NCBI GenBank assembly: GCA_024654525.1
Contig: JANLHI010000031.1
Span: 18,774 to 82,773, forward strand
Length of the DNA stretch: 64,000 nucleotides
Reading direction: 5' to 3'
Source: Patescibacteria group bacterium
GTDB lineage: Bacteria > Patescibacteriota > Minisyncoccia > UBA6257 > 2-01-FULL-56-20
The position numbers and the translations under genes were made by a program. A model generated the notes under the pieces. That model saw only the letters and a program-made list of their open reading frames with translations. It had not been told where the DNA came from and made no database searches. Below are positions 19,764 through 29,486 of the stretch, piece by piece (position 1 is the stretch's first letter; every line of letters starts with the position of its first letter).

Positions 19764-20510
19764 ATGCTCGGAAAATTTATCGTCATCGAAGGCACCGATG
19801 GTTCAGGTAAAACCGAGCAATTTAAGCTTCTCTCCTCACGACTTGAAGCCGCGGACGAATTCGCCCGCCCGCCAAAAAGGGATGAGCGGGGATTTGATGC
19901 GGGCGGTCGTTGGAAGATTCAATTGGCAAAATCTGATTTTCCCCAATACGGCAAACCCTCGGCATATTTTGCGGAGCAGTATTTGAATGGGAAGTATGGC
20001 ACCGCCGAGGCGGTAGGTCCGGAGCGTGCCTCAATGTTTTATGCGCTCGACCGGTATGAGGCGTCGTTTGAGTTGCGGAAGGCGTTAGAGGAGGGGAAGA
20101 CGGTTGTTTCAAACCGCTACGTGGGTTCCAATCTTGCGCATCAGGGAGGGAAGATTAAGGATAACGCCGCGCGGAAAATATTTTTTGAGTGGGGGTATAA
20201 GCTCGAATATGAAACGCTGGGAATTCCGAAACCGGATGTGAGCATTGTGCTCCATATGCCCGCCGCGGTGGCGCAGGAGCTGGTCTTAAAGAAAGGAGAG
20301 CGTGCGTACTTGCATGGAGCGAAGCAGGATATCCATGAGGCGGATTTGAAACACCTCGAACGTGCGGAGGAAACATATCTCGAGATGGTGCGGCTGTTTC
20401 CGAAAGACTTTATTTTGGTGGAATGTGTGGAGAACGGGAAGCTTTTGACCATTGAGGAAATACATGAGAAAGTGTGGGAGATAGTAAGTAAAGTGATAAA
20501 CGTTAAGTGA
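19764..20510 (+). CDS. tmk: thymidylate kinase (with an extended segment after the P-loop region)
   Basis: IVIEGTDGSGKTE P-loop, DRYEAS and NRYVGSNLAHQGG (DRY..S..YQGG lid region), PDVSIVLHMP. Confidence 0.7.
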   Translation: MLGKFIVIEGTDGSGKTEQFKLLSSRLEAADEFARPPKRDERGFDAGGRWKIQLAKSDFPQYGKPSAYFAEQYLNGKYGTAEAVGPERASMFYALDRYEASFELRKALEEGKTVVSNRYVGSNLAHQGGKIKDNAARKIFFEWGYKLEYETLGIPKPDVSIVLHMPAAVAQELVLKKGERAYLHGAKQDIHEADLKHLERAEETYLEMVRLFPKDFILVECVENGKLLTIEEIHEKVWEIVSKVINVK

Positions 20511-20526
20511 TAATTGGAAAACTGAT

Positions 20527-21933
20527 ATGGAATACAAACCTACAATCGGACTCGAAGTCCATGTGGAGCTCAAAACCCGAACAAAGATGTTTTGCGATTC
20601 GCTCAATGACGCGGATGAAAAGAAGCCGAATAAAAACACTTGTCCCGTGTGTTTGGGACATCCGGGGACGCTCCCTGTGCCGAATAAAGAGGCAATTAAA
20701 CATGTTATTCGTGTGGGGTTGGCGCTTGGCGGGAAAATAAATCCGGTCACGAAATTTGACCGTAAGAACTATTTCTACCCCGATCTTCCGAAAGGGTATC
20801 AAATCTCGCAATACGATCAGCCACTTGTGACCGGTGGGAATCTTCTAGGAATAAAAATACGACGCATTCATTTGGAAGAAGACACGGGAACGCTTGTTCA
20901 CGCACAAGGATCGAGTTTGGTTGATTTTAATCGTGCCGGTATGCCACTTATGGAACTTGTGACAGAGCCCGATATTACAAGCGCGGAAGAAGCTGCCGAT
21001 TTTGGAAGAGAGCTTCAACTGATTCTGCGTTATTTGGGAGTTTCGGATGCTGACATGGAAAAGGGGCACATGCGTCTTGAAGCGAACGTAAGTCTAAATA
21101 TGGGAACTAAAGTAGAGATTAAGAATATTAACTCGTTCAAGGCAGCACGGGACGCGACACTTTACGAATTAGAGCGCCAAGAAGAACTGCTTCGCGATGG
21201 GAAGGACGTGGCGCACGAAACGCGGGGGTGGGATGAAGCAAAACAAATAACAGTGAGCCAACGTTCAAAGGAAGAGGCGCATGATTATCGCTATTTTCCC
21301 GAGCCGGATATTCCGCCGTTTGAGACGGTGGCGTTTGAGCCGGATATTCTCGCAAGGGAGTTACCCGAACTTCCGGCGGCGAAACGTACGCGATTTATCC
21401 AAGAGTACAAGATAGATGAGGGTCAATCTGCGGTATTAATCAGTAGCCCGAAACTTGCCGAGTATTTCGAAGAGTCGGTGAGCGAATTAAAGGAAATGGA
21501 GCGTGATGCATCGGCATCTTTGCTTGCGAATTATCTTATTAACGATGTTCGTGCCGTTGCGGTAGAGAATGGGGTGTCGCTTGAGCAATCGCATGTAAAT
21601 CCAGAGCATCTCGCGCATCTTGTGGTTCTTATTATACGGGAGAAGATAACAAGTAGGCAGGCGAAAGATATGCTTGAGAAAATATTTCAAAGTGATGTGG
21701 ATCCTGAGGATATTTTAAAAGATGAAAGTTATTATGCGATTTCGGATTCCGGTGAACTTGATGTGATAGTACAGGATGTGTTTGCGGAAAATTCCCAAGC
21801 GGTTGCCGATTATAAAAAAGGAAAGATCCAGAGTTTGCAGTTTCTTGTCGGGAAGGCGATGGGAAAACTCAAAGGGAAGGGGAATCCCGAGGTATTGCGG
21901 GAATTGTTTATGGAATATCTTAAGAAGAAATAA
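20527..21933 (+). CDS. gatB: Asp/Glu-tRNA amidotransferase subunit B
   Basis: IGLEVHVEL, CPVCLGHPGTLP, YFYPDLPKGYQISQ, HLEEDTG. Confidence 0.9.
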   Translation: MEYKPTIGLEVHVELKTRTKMFCDSLNDADEKKPNKNTCPVCLGHPGTLPVPNKEAIKHVIRVGLALGGKINPVTKFDRKNYFYPDLPKGYQISQYDQPLVTGGNLLGIKIRRIHLEEDTGTLVHAQGSSLVDFNRAGMPLMELVTEPDITSAEEAADFGRELQLILRYLGVSDADMEKGHMRLEANVSLNMGTKVEIKNINSFKAARDATLYELERQEELLRDGKDVAHETRGWDEAKQITVSQRSKEEAHDYRYFPEPDIPPFETVAFEPDILARELPELPAAKRTRFIQEYKIDEGQSAVLISSPKLAEYFEESVSELKEMERDASASLLANYLINDVRAVAVENGVSLEQSHVNPEHLAHLVVLIIREKITSRQAKDMLEKIFQSDVDPEDILKDESYYAISDSGELDVIVQDVFAENSQAVADYKKGKIQSLQFLVGKAMGKLKGKGNPEVLRELFMEYLKKK

Positions 21934-22034
21934 TCAACATTCTTTGTTAGAATATACGCAGAACCTTTATAGCAAAATAAGGGGTCTGCGGGTTTCCGAC
22001 CGCATTTTTTCGGATCGATTCAGAAGGATCGCCT

Positions 22035-22736
22035 ATGTTTGGAAATCTGTTTAGTGCGCGCCGTTTGAAGTGGCGTGGACCGCTCGAGAGCAGAGCAGCA
22101 CAGATTCTTAGAGGGAAGAATTTTATTAGCGGAAAACAATCTTCCGGGGTGTGGAGAAGAAATGCCCCGAGCGTTGGTAAGGTTGTTCTTCGCTACGGCG
22201 AAGAAACGCTCATCAATTGCGCGTCACAAAATCGGGACAGAGCGGCGAATTGGTTTCTTGTGTGGATTTTTGGTCTCTCATTGCGAAAACAGAGAGAGTT
22301 CACCGAGGGGCACCAGTTCCCTATAATTTGTTTCGATAGCGGTAGCGATGAAGATCCGGTAGATCGCAATTGGTGGATAAGGGAATCTGAGAATTATTGG
22401 GCTGATAGGGATTATGGGGATAATGGGTATTGGCTCATGGATTTCTCGGGTAAATTCTCCGGCATGAATTGGAACGATCAAGAGCAGAAGATTAGACGGA
22501 GTGGAGAGTTGCGTGCCCCTGAGTTGCTCGTGGCGGAAGCTGCGATTTCGATTCTACAGGTACATCAGATGTCGGTAATTCTTGATTGGTTTCACTTCGG
22601 ACCAACCATTGATTCTCAAGGACGTCGCATACGAATAGGGGAATTTAATGGTCGAGGAATGGTGATTGTAGGAGAACCTAAGAATGTCGATGATGTAATG
22701 TTGCGCGTAGTAACATTATATCCGCGCGATTTTTAG
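22035..22736 (+). CDS. hypothetical protein (Trp/Asp-rich)
   Basis: 233-aa ORF; no family signature. Confidence 0.35.
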   Translation: MFGNLFSARRLKWRGPLESRAAQILRGKNFISGKQSSGVWRRNAPSVGKVVLRYGEETLINCASQNRDRAANWFLVWIFGLSLRKQREFTEGHQFPIICFDSGSDEDPVDRNWWIRESENYWADRDYGDNGYWLMDFSGKFSGMNWNDQEQKIRRSGELRAPELLVAEAAISILQVHQMSVILDWFHFGPTIDSQGRRIRIGEFNGRGMVIVGEPKNVDDVMLRVVTLYPRDF

Positions 22737-22779
22737 TGTGAAACAAAGGACTGCTCTGGCGCACAATGCTGGGGCAGTT

Positions 22780-23709
22780 TCATTTTTTTCTCCACTGAAT
22801 ATTTTTATCTTTTCGGAACCATGTCATTTGCCGGCGGGCATAGCGCCATGTGTTGAGCTTCATCTGACGTACTGCTTCGTCGAGCGATATTTTTTTCTTG
22901 AAGTATTCAATAATCTCACGGTAGCCGATTGCATCAAGCGCTTTTACGCTGTCATATTTTCTATAAAGTCCTTGAACTTCTTTGAGAAGCCCATTTTGCA
23001 TCATTATGTCTACGCGCGTGTCGATGCGATGTCGGAGTGTTGCGAGAGGAGTTTCGATGCCGATGATTTTTGCATTAAAGAGGGGAGCGCTCTTTTTTCT
23101 TTGCGCAGTGAAAGGTCTTCCTGTAACGAGCGTGACTTCAAGTGCGCGGATCACGCGTCTTGGGTTTTTGGGGTCTACAATATATGCCGCTTCCGGATCA
23201 AGTGCTACGAGTTTTTTGAATATGTATTCAGTTCCCTTATTTTTTACTTCTTCCTCTAATTTTCTCCGTAGCGTTTCATTTGCGGCAACATGTGGAATGT
23301 CCAAATTATCTACTACCGCTTTCACATAGAGCCCTGTGCCTCCTACAAGAATCGGGAATTTCCCGCGCTTGAGAATTTCTCGGACGACTTTCACTGCGTC
23401 GCATTTGTATTCCGCGACAGTATAATCCTCATTAGGATTTTTGATATCAATAAGGTGGTGGGGGATTCCTTCGGAAAAGTAGGTATTTTTTCGAAATTTT
23501 GAATTTTGAATTTTGAATTTTCCGCGAAGCGGCTTCGCGGTCCCTATATCCATTTCACGATATATTTGTCGTGAGTCTGCGGAAACAATCTCGCCACCAA
23601 GCTTCTTGGCGAGTGCTATGGAGAGTGCTGTTTTTCCGCTTGCAGTGGGACCTACGATCACAAGAATTTTGGGCTTCACGTAGTTATCCATTAAAATTAC
23701 GTTATACAA
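22780..23709 (-). CDS. miaA: tRNA dimethylallyltransferase
   Basis: GPTASGKTALS P-loop, DSRQIYREMDIGTAKP, LVGGTGLY. Carries an in-frame low-complexity insertion (see findings). Confidence 0.85.
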   Translation of the reverse strand: MYNVILMDNYVKPKILVIVGPTASGKTALSIALAKKLGGEIVSADSRQIYREMDIGTAKPLRGKFKIQNSKFRKNTYFSEGIPHHLIDIKNPNEDYTVAEYKCDAVKVVREILKRGKFPILVGGTGLYVKAVVDNLDIPHVAANETLRRKLEEEVKNKGTEYIFKKLVALDPEAAYIVDPKNPRRVIRALEVTLVTGRPFTAQRKKSAPLFNAKIIGIETPLATLRHRIDTRVDIMMQNGLLKEVQGLYRKYDSVKALDAIGYREIIEYFKKKISLDEAVRQMKLNTWRYARRQMTWFRKDKNIQWRKK

Positions 23710-23751
23710 CCTATCGGTTTTATAGCTACACTTGTATGGTATTATTTTACC

Positions 23752-24321
23752 ATGCGGGGTAGGCGATCAAAAGAGCGCTTTGGTCCTGTAATGCAGAAAA
23801 TTCTGCTCTTTTTGAAAGCTGGTGTTGCCTTGTCTCTTTCTGGAAATCCAAGTTCTTACTTTCGAGTATTATCGCAAGCGTCAAAAGAATGGCAGAAAAT
23901 TAGTCAGCGTTCGCTTCATGAGGCAATAAAGCGTCTCTACGAGTCAAAACTTGTGGATGTTAAAGAAAAGAGCGATGGAACGGCGCAGATCGAATTATTG
24001 GACGCTGGGAGAAAAAAGATTTTGGAATATAATCTCGCCACACTTAAACTTAAAAGACCAAAGCATTGGGATGGGATGTGGCGTGTGGTGATTTTTGATA
24101 TTCCCGAAGACATAAAGAAAGGAAGGCGTGCGCTTGGGAGTACACTTTTGCGGATTGGGTTTTATCCGATGCAGAAAAGCGTGTTCATTTATCCCTTTGA
24201 ATGCAAAGATGAGATTGATTTTATTGTTGAGGTTTTCGGACTGAAACCATATGTGCGTTTTTTGCTGGTAAAAGAAACCGACATAGATTTACATCTTAAA
24301 ACCGAATTTGGGATAAAATAA
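23752..24321 (+). CDS. mini-PaaX-like protein: N-terminal winged helix plus Cas2-like ferredoxin-fold module (paralog 1)
   Basis: WDGMWRVVIFDIPEDIKKGRRALGSTLLRIGFYPMQKSVFIYPFEC matches the PaaX central segment (WDGKW...) and the Cas2 core pattern (V.YDI...RR...L...G.RVQ.SVF.C). It is a paralog of 59959-60513. Confidence 0.55.
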   Translation: MRGRRSKERFGPVMQKILLFLKAGVALSLSGNPSSYFRVLSQASKEWQKISQRSLHEAIKRLYESKLVDVKEKSDGTAQIELLDAGRKKILEYNLATLKLKRPKHWDGMWRVVIFDIPEDIKKGRRALGSTLLRIGFYPMQKSVFIYPFECKDEIDFIVEVFGLKPYVRFLLVKETDIDLHLKTEFGIK

Positions 24322-24334
24322 AAGGAATAATAAA

Positions 24335-24370
24335 CTGCGGTTATAAAACCTATCGGTTTTATAACCGCAG
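24335..24370. promoter_or_regulatory. 36-bp perfect palindrome (16-bp arms, 4-bp spacer), cognate-site candidate for paralog 1; may also act as a terminator
   Basis: ctgcggttataaaacc-tatc-ggttttataaccgcag; a degenerate copy of the core (caacctatcggttttatag) lies at 23702-23724, just upstream of the gene. Confidence 0.5.
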
Positions 24371-24392
24371 TTGAAGAGGAACACTCATCGGC

Positions 24393-26207
24393 TCAAAGTG
24401 GGATTTGGTTGTTTTTTCTTTCATGGGGCTCAAGACGGATTTGTTTTCCCTCGATTTCTTTTTTAATTCCTGCCACAAATTCATTGATACTTGGTTCATT
24501 CGTTTGTTTTCCATCAGAAGTTACGAACGGGGCTATGGTATAAGGTCTCACATTCACTGTATCCGTTTTTTCTTCACGTTCTCCGATTATGACCATATAC
24601 GGAATTTTCTGCATTTCCGCTGCGCGGATGCGTTTCCCCAATGTTTCATCCGCATGTTTCATTTCCACGCGGACACCTTCTTTTTGGAGCGCATCGCGTA
24701 CTTTTGCGCCATAGTCGGCGAATTTGTCGCTCACGGGGATTATTGCCACTTGTATGGGGGAAAGCCAGAGGGGAAACGCGCCCGCGAAGTGTTCGATAAT
24801 AATGGCGAGATAGCGTTCGATAGCGCCCATAATTGCGGCGTGGAGCATCACAATGCGCTCATCCTCGCTTTTCTCATTCACGCAGGTAAGGTTGAAACGC
24901 TCCGGCATATTCATGTCGAGCTGAATGGTTGCAACCTGCCACTCCCGTCCGATGGAATCTTTTCCCATAAAATCTATTTTGGGACCATAGAAAGCGGCTT
25001 CTCCAGGAGCTTCAGGTGCGTCCACTCCTTTCTCGCGGGCGATGTCGCGAAGTATTCCCTCGGCTTTTTTCCAACTCGAGGGGTTGCCGAGATATTTCTC
25101 GGGGTGCTTAGGGTCATGGAGCGAGAGCCGTACTTTGAGTTCGAACCCGATAGCGCCGTAGAATTCATGCACGATATCCCAAATTTTCAAAAACTCTTCC
25201 TTTACTTGTGATTCGCGGCAGAACACATGCGCATCATCCTGCGTGATGCAGCGTACGCGCGCGAGTCCGGCAAGCTCGCCACTCTGCTCGTCGCGGTAGA
25301 CCATGGTGGTATTCGCATAGCGCTGGGGAAGGTCGCGATAGCTCCACTTTTTGCGGGCGTAGATTTGCGTGTGGTGGGGGCAGTTCATCGGCTTCATCGC
25401 AAACTCGTGGCCTTCCCTTGTCGTAATACGGAAGAGTTCGTCTTTAAACTTATCCCAGTGGCCACTCCGCTCGTAGAGGTCTTTCTTGGTGATATGAGGG
25501 ATTTCAACTCGCTCATACCCGCGTGCGCTGCGGAGTTCCCAGACAAAGGCGTCAAGCGTATTCCTGAGAAGCGTGCCTTTCGGAGTCCAAAGAGGGAGTC
25601 CTGCGCCCACGAGTTCGGAGAACGTAAAGAGGTCAAGTGCCGGACCTAGTTTTTTGTGGTCCCGCTTTTCCGCCTCCGCGCGCATCGCGAGGTATTCATC
25701 GAGTTCCTTCTTCGTCGCGAACGCGAGCCCATAAATGCGGGTAAGCATTTTGTTTTTCTCGTCTCCACGCCAGTATGCGCCCGCTACACGGTCGAGTTTG
25801 AAACTGTGTGGATCAATCTCGGCAAGGGGGAGTGTATGCCCTCCTTTGCAGAGATCTACAAACCCACCGCAGGTGTAGAAGGTAAGTGTTTTCTTTTCCT
25901 TGGCGAATTCATTCGCGAGTTCCATCTTATATTTATTCCAATCAAACTCTTTTTTTACTTCCTCGAGCGTGACGGTGTTGCTCGTCCACTCCGTCCAGCG
26001 CGGCAAAAGCTCCTGCATTTTCTTTTCGATTGTGAGAAGGTCGTTTTCAGAAATTTGCGCAGGTAACTCAAAATCCTGATAAAACCCGTTCTCGATTGCA
26101 GGGCCGATGGCGTTTTGCGCGCCCGGGTAAAGTTCCCGTACCGCCATAGCGAGGAGATGGGCGAGGGAGTGGCGAATGACTTCGATATTTTCGTGTGTGA
26201 TCTTCAT
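24393..26207 (-). CDS. thrS: threonyl-tRNA synthetase (lacks the N-terminal TGS domain)
   Basis: HSLAHLL (editing-domain start), class II motifs, HRAIMGAIERY-type; 604 aa. Confidence 0.9.
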   Translation of the reverse strand: MKITHENIEVIRHSLAHLLAMAVRELYPGAQNAIGPAIENGFYQDFELPAQISENDLLTIEKKMQELLPRWTEWTSNTVTLEEVKKEFDWNKYKMELANEFAKEKKTLTFYTCGGFVDLCKGGHTLPLAEIDPHSFKLDRVAGAYWRGDEKNKMLTRIYGLAFATKKELDEYLAMRAEAEKRDHKKLGPALDLFTFSELVGAGLPLWTPKGTLLRNTLDAFVWELRSARGYERVEIPHITKKDLYERSGHWDKFKDELFRITTREGHEFAMKPMNCPHHTQIYARKKWSYRDLPQRYANTTMVYRDEQSGELAGLARVRCITQDDAHVFCRESQVKEEFLKIWDIVHEFYGAIGFELKVRLSLHDPKHPEKYLGNPSSWKKAEGILRDIAREKGVDAPEAPGEAAFYGPKIDFMGKDSIGREWQVATIQLDMNMPERFNLTCVNEKSEDERIVMLHAAIMGAIERYLAIIIEHFAGAFPLWLSPIQVAIIPVSDKFADYGAKVRDALQKEGVRVEMKHADETLGKRIRAAEMQKIPYMVIIGEREEKTDTVNVRPYTIAPFVTSDGKQTNEPSINEFVAGIKKEIEGKQIRLEPHERKNNQIPL

Positions 26208-26296
26208 GCGGTCAATAATACCAGTTTTTGTGCGAGAACGGGAGGGCTTGTGTTCCCATGATTTCTATGTCAAAAATAACCCAGTTTTTTGATATT

Positions 26297-26947
26297 ATGA
26301 ATATGAACAATACATTAGAAAAAAGGTTTCAATTCCTTCTCGCACTTGGAACGGTAATCGGATGGGACGATATTCCTTCCGAACAAATGGACATTTTTCT
26401 CAGTGCATGTGCGGATGATCCGACTTTGCGCGAGCATTTCGCCATTTTTTCGAAAAACGGTTTTCGAATGAAAATGCCGAATTTTTTTCGTGACACGGAA
26501 GAGATTGCAATTCAAATTCCGCTTCCGCCGATTCCGTGTCCCACACTTCCACAACTCCGGAAAAAATTTTCTTGGATTAAGGAATCAGACGGGATAGAGT
26601 ACGACATTTCAAGCATGGAACCGACTACTCTAAAACTTGGCACAGTACTTATGCTAAACGAGACAGAAGGAATAAAGGGAGTTGAGTACGAATGGCGTCT
26701 TACCCCGAATATTCATTTGTGTCTTGGGTATCAGCATGCGGTATGGCTTGCGGAGCATCAAGACGAATTTCCTTCTCTCGTACAATTTCTTGGAAAAATA
26801 TACATTGATTTTCCGGGGATTGTAGTCGTGAGTGCTGAAGGGGATCGACGTACGTTTGCACTTAACGGACTTGAGGATAGGTGGGTGGTATATTGTCATC
26901 CGATTCGGGACGGTCTTCGTCAAACAGGGAGGATTGCATATTCTTAA
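26297..26947 (+). CDS. hypothetical protein
   Basis: The ORF is open from 26228; the ATG at 26297 (MNMNNTLEK...) is the more plausible start. No family signature. Confidence 0.4.
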   Translation: MNMNNTLEKRFQFLLALGTVIGWDDIPSEQMDIFLSACADDPTLREHFAIFSKNGFRMKMPNFFRDTEEIAIQIPLPPIPCPTLPQLRKKFSWIKESDGIEYDISSMEPTTLKLGTVLMLNETEGIKGVEYEWRLTPNIHLCLGYQHAVWLAEHQDEFPSLVQFLGKIYIDFPGIVVVSAEGDRRTFALNGLEDRWVVYCHPIRDGLRQTGRIAYS

Positions 26948-27044
26948 ATGACATTTTATCTACAAAGAGCTCCGGCATATGTGTCGGAGCTTTTTATTTT
27001 TATAAAAAAGATATGGCTTCACGGCGTATTGAAAATAGTTTAAG

Positions 27045-28331
27045 ATGAACGCAATGCTCGACATTGATCTCATCAGGAACGAACCGGAACGGGTGAAAAA
27101 GGCCATTGCATCAAAGAACACCGACTCCAAGCTGGTGGACGACTTCCTTTGGTTTGATGCGAAATGGCGCGCGATTACGAACCGGCTTGATGGGTTACGG
27201 GCGAGGCAAAAGCAGCTCTCCATGGAGCGTAAAATTGATATCGCTAAACAAAACAAAGAAGTGATAAAAGGAGTAGAGGAAGAGTTAAAGGTGGTTGAGG
27301 TGAAGCGCGATGAATTTTGGATGCGAATTCCGAATATCCCATCGGATGACACGCCTATAGGCAAAGATGAGATTGAAAATAAAGTAATCCGCGTGGTGGG
27401 AAAACCAAAGAAATTCGATTTTAAGCCAAAAGACCATCTCGAGCTGGGCGAAGCGCTGGGATTGATTGATGTGGAAACCGCGGCAAAAGTATCGGGTACT
27501 CGTTTCGCATATTTAAAAGGAGCGGCGGCACAGCTTGAATTTGCGCTTGTGCACTATGCGCTTGCAACACTCACGAATCCGAACGTAATGCGTTCCGCCG
27601 CGGAAGGAGTAAAATCGGGATATAGCGGAAAACCGTTCGTGCCGGTGGTGCCACCGGTGCTTATTCGTCCTGAGGTGATGCGGAGAATGGGACGCCTCGA
27701 GCCGAAAGAGGAGCGCTATCATATTCCCTCGGATGATTTGTACCTTGTGGGTTCCGCGGAACACACGCTGGGGCCGTTGCACATGGACCAGACAATTCTC
27801 GAAAAAGACTTGCCCATACGTTATGTAGGATTCTCGACAAGTTTTCGGCGTGAAGCGGGAAGTTACGGCAAAGACACGCGCGGGATTTTTCGTGTGCACC
27901 AATTCGACAAAGTGGAGATGGAAAGTTTCACGCTTCCGGAACACTCGATTACCGAGCAGGATTTTTTTGTGGGGGTTCAGGAATATCTCATGTGGTCGCT
28001 TGAGCTTCCCTACCGTGTGATTATTTGCTCGACGGGAGACCAGGGAGACCCCGACGCGCGGCATCTTGATCTCGAAACGTGGTTTCCGAGCGAGGGAATA
28101 TACCGCGAGACGCACTCGGCTGATTTAATGACTGACTATCAATCGCGGCGCTTGAATACGAAAGTCCGGCGTGTCGACGGAAAAACGGAATTTGCGCACA
28201 TGAACGACGGGACGGTATTCGCGGTCGGGCGCACTATTGCGGCAATCCTCGAAAATTATCAGACAAAAGAAGGAGAGGTGGAAATTCCGAAAGTACTTCA
28301 GAAATATGTCGGAAAAAAAATTATCAGCTAA
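27045..28331 (+). CDS. serS: seryl-tRNA synthetase
   Basis: N-terminal coiled coil, class II motifs (FRREAGSYGKDTRGIFRVHQFDKVE, GDPDARHLDLETWFPS...). Confidence 0.9.
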   Translation: MNAMLDIDLIRNEPERVKKAIASKNTDSKLVDDFLWFDAKWRAITNRLDGLRARQKQLSMERKIDIAKQNKEVIKGVEEELKVVEVKRDEFWMRIPNIPSDDTPIGKDEIENKVIRVVGKPKKFDFKPKDHLELGEALGLIDVETAAKVSGTRFAYLKGAAAQLEFALVHYALATLTNPNVMRSAAEGVKSGYSGKPFVPVVPPVLIRPEVMRRMGRLEPKEERYHIPSDDLYLVGSAEHTLGPLHMDQTILEKDLPIRYVGFSTSFRREAGSYGKDTRGIFRVHQFDKVEMESFTLPEHSITEQDFFVGVQEYLMWSLELPYRVIICSTGDQGDPDARHLDLETWFPSEGIYRETHSADLMTDYQSRRLNTKVRRVDGKTEFAHMNDGTVFAVGRTIAAILENYQTKEGEVEIPKVLQKYVGKKIIS

Positions 28332-29454
28332 GCTGAGTGGTTTGCGCACATGGGTTGAAATCGATAGTAATGCGGCGCATCACAACTATAAGACTTTTCG
28401 GCGCCTGATAGGGCCAAAGATAAAACTTTGGGCAGTGGTAAAATCAAATGCATATGGTCACGGTCTTGTGTTGTTTTCCAAACTTGCGGATAGTTTTGGT
28501 GCAGATGGTTTTTGTGTCGATTCTATCATTGAGGGAAATCGTTTAAGGCAAGAAGGAGTCACCAAGCCGATTCTTATTCTGGGGCCGACCCTTCCCGCGC
28601 GTTTACGGGATGCGGAGGAAAACGGGATTACCGTGAGTGTTTCGAATACCGATGCGCTTAAGGCGATTATTTGCGCCAAGCCCCATCCCGCATTTCATAT
28701 TAAAGTAGATACGGGGTTTCATCGTCAGGGTTTTTATGTGGAAGATATTCCGAAAGCTATCGCGTTAATTCAAAACTCAAAATCCAAAATTAAAAATTCA
28801 TTTAAGGGTGTGTTTACTCATTTTGCGGCCGCAAAAGACGTGACGTATCCGACATATACCGAGATGCAATTTGGGAAGTTTGAATTGGCGTTGCGAATGT
28901 TTCGGGATGCGGGATTCGACAGTCTTACGGTTCATGCGGCGGCTACGGGAGCTACCACGCTCAATGCGAAATATCATATGGATGCCGTTCGAGTAGGTAT
29001 GGGGCTTTATGGATTTCACGCATCTCCCGAGCTTGAGATGCAACTTCCTTATAGTGCATTGAAGCCGGTACTACACTGGAAGACCGTGGTGAGCGAAGTG
29101 AAAAAATTTAATGTAGGAGATTATGTGGGATACGATATCACCGAGCGAATGAGACATTCGGGAATGATGGCTGTTCTTCCTATCGGGTATTGGCATGGAT
29201 TTCCTCGGGCGTTTTCAAGTATCGGAGAGGTGCTTATAGGGGGAAGCGTTGCGCGTGTCATCGGACGTGTTTCTATGGATCTGACCGTGGTTGATGTAAC
29301 CGGAATCAAATGCAAGCCCGGAATGGCAGTGGTAGTTATCGGAAAGAGCGGCAAGGAGGAAATTCGCGCGCAAGAGACGGCGAGGATAATAGGTACTACT
29401 CAATATGAGCTTCTTACGCGATTGAATCCTCTTATGGAAAGAATAATCGTTTAA
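28306..29454 (+). CDS. alr: alanine racemase
   Basis: AVVKSNAYGHGL PLP-lysine motif. The ORF is open from 28237, and the ATG at 28306 follows a GGAGAGG SD. It overlaps the serS end. Confidence 0.85.
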   Translation: MSEKKLSAKLSGLRTWVEIDSNAAHHNYKTFRRLIGPKIKLWAVVKSNAYGHGLVLFSKLADSFGADGFCVDSIIEGNRLRQEGVTKPILILGPTLPARLRDAEENGITVSVSNTDALKAIICAKPHPAFHIKVDTGFHRQGFYVEDIPKAIALIQNSKSKIKNSFKGVFTHFAAAKDVTYPTYTEMQFGKFELALRMFRDAGFDSLTVHAAATGATTLNAKYHMDAVRVGMGLYGFHASPELEMQLPYSALKPVLHWKTVVSEVKKFNVGDYVGYDITERMRHSGMMAVLPIGYWHGFPRAFSSIGEVLIGGSVARVIGRVSMDLTVVDVTGIKCKPGMAVVVIGKSGKEEIRAQETARIIGTTQYELLTRLNPLMERIIV

Positions 29455-29486
29455 ATTTTTGGTGTATTGTTTCTTATTATTCCTGT

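Noticed and set aside
23752-24321. Cas2-like domain as evidence for a CRISPR-Cas locus
   Set aside because: No cas1, no other cas genes and no repeat-spacer array anywhere in the 64 kb. The domain is fused to a wHTH and aligns better with the PaaX central region, so it is treated as a regulator or nuclease-fold module, not an adaptation protein.
24405-25649. ORFs 24405-25211 and 25227-25649 on the plus strand
   Set aside because: Antisense to thrS; no signatures; typical shadow ORFs.
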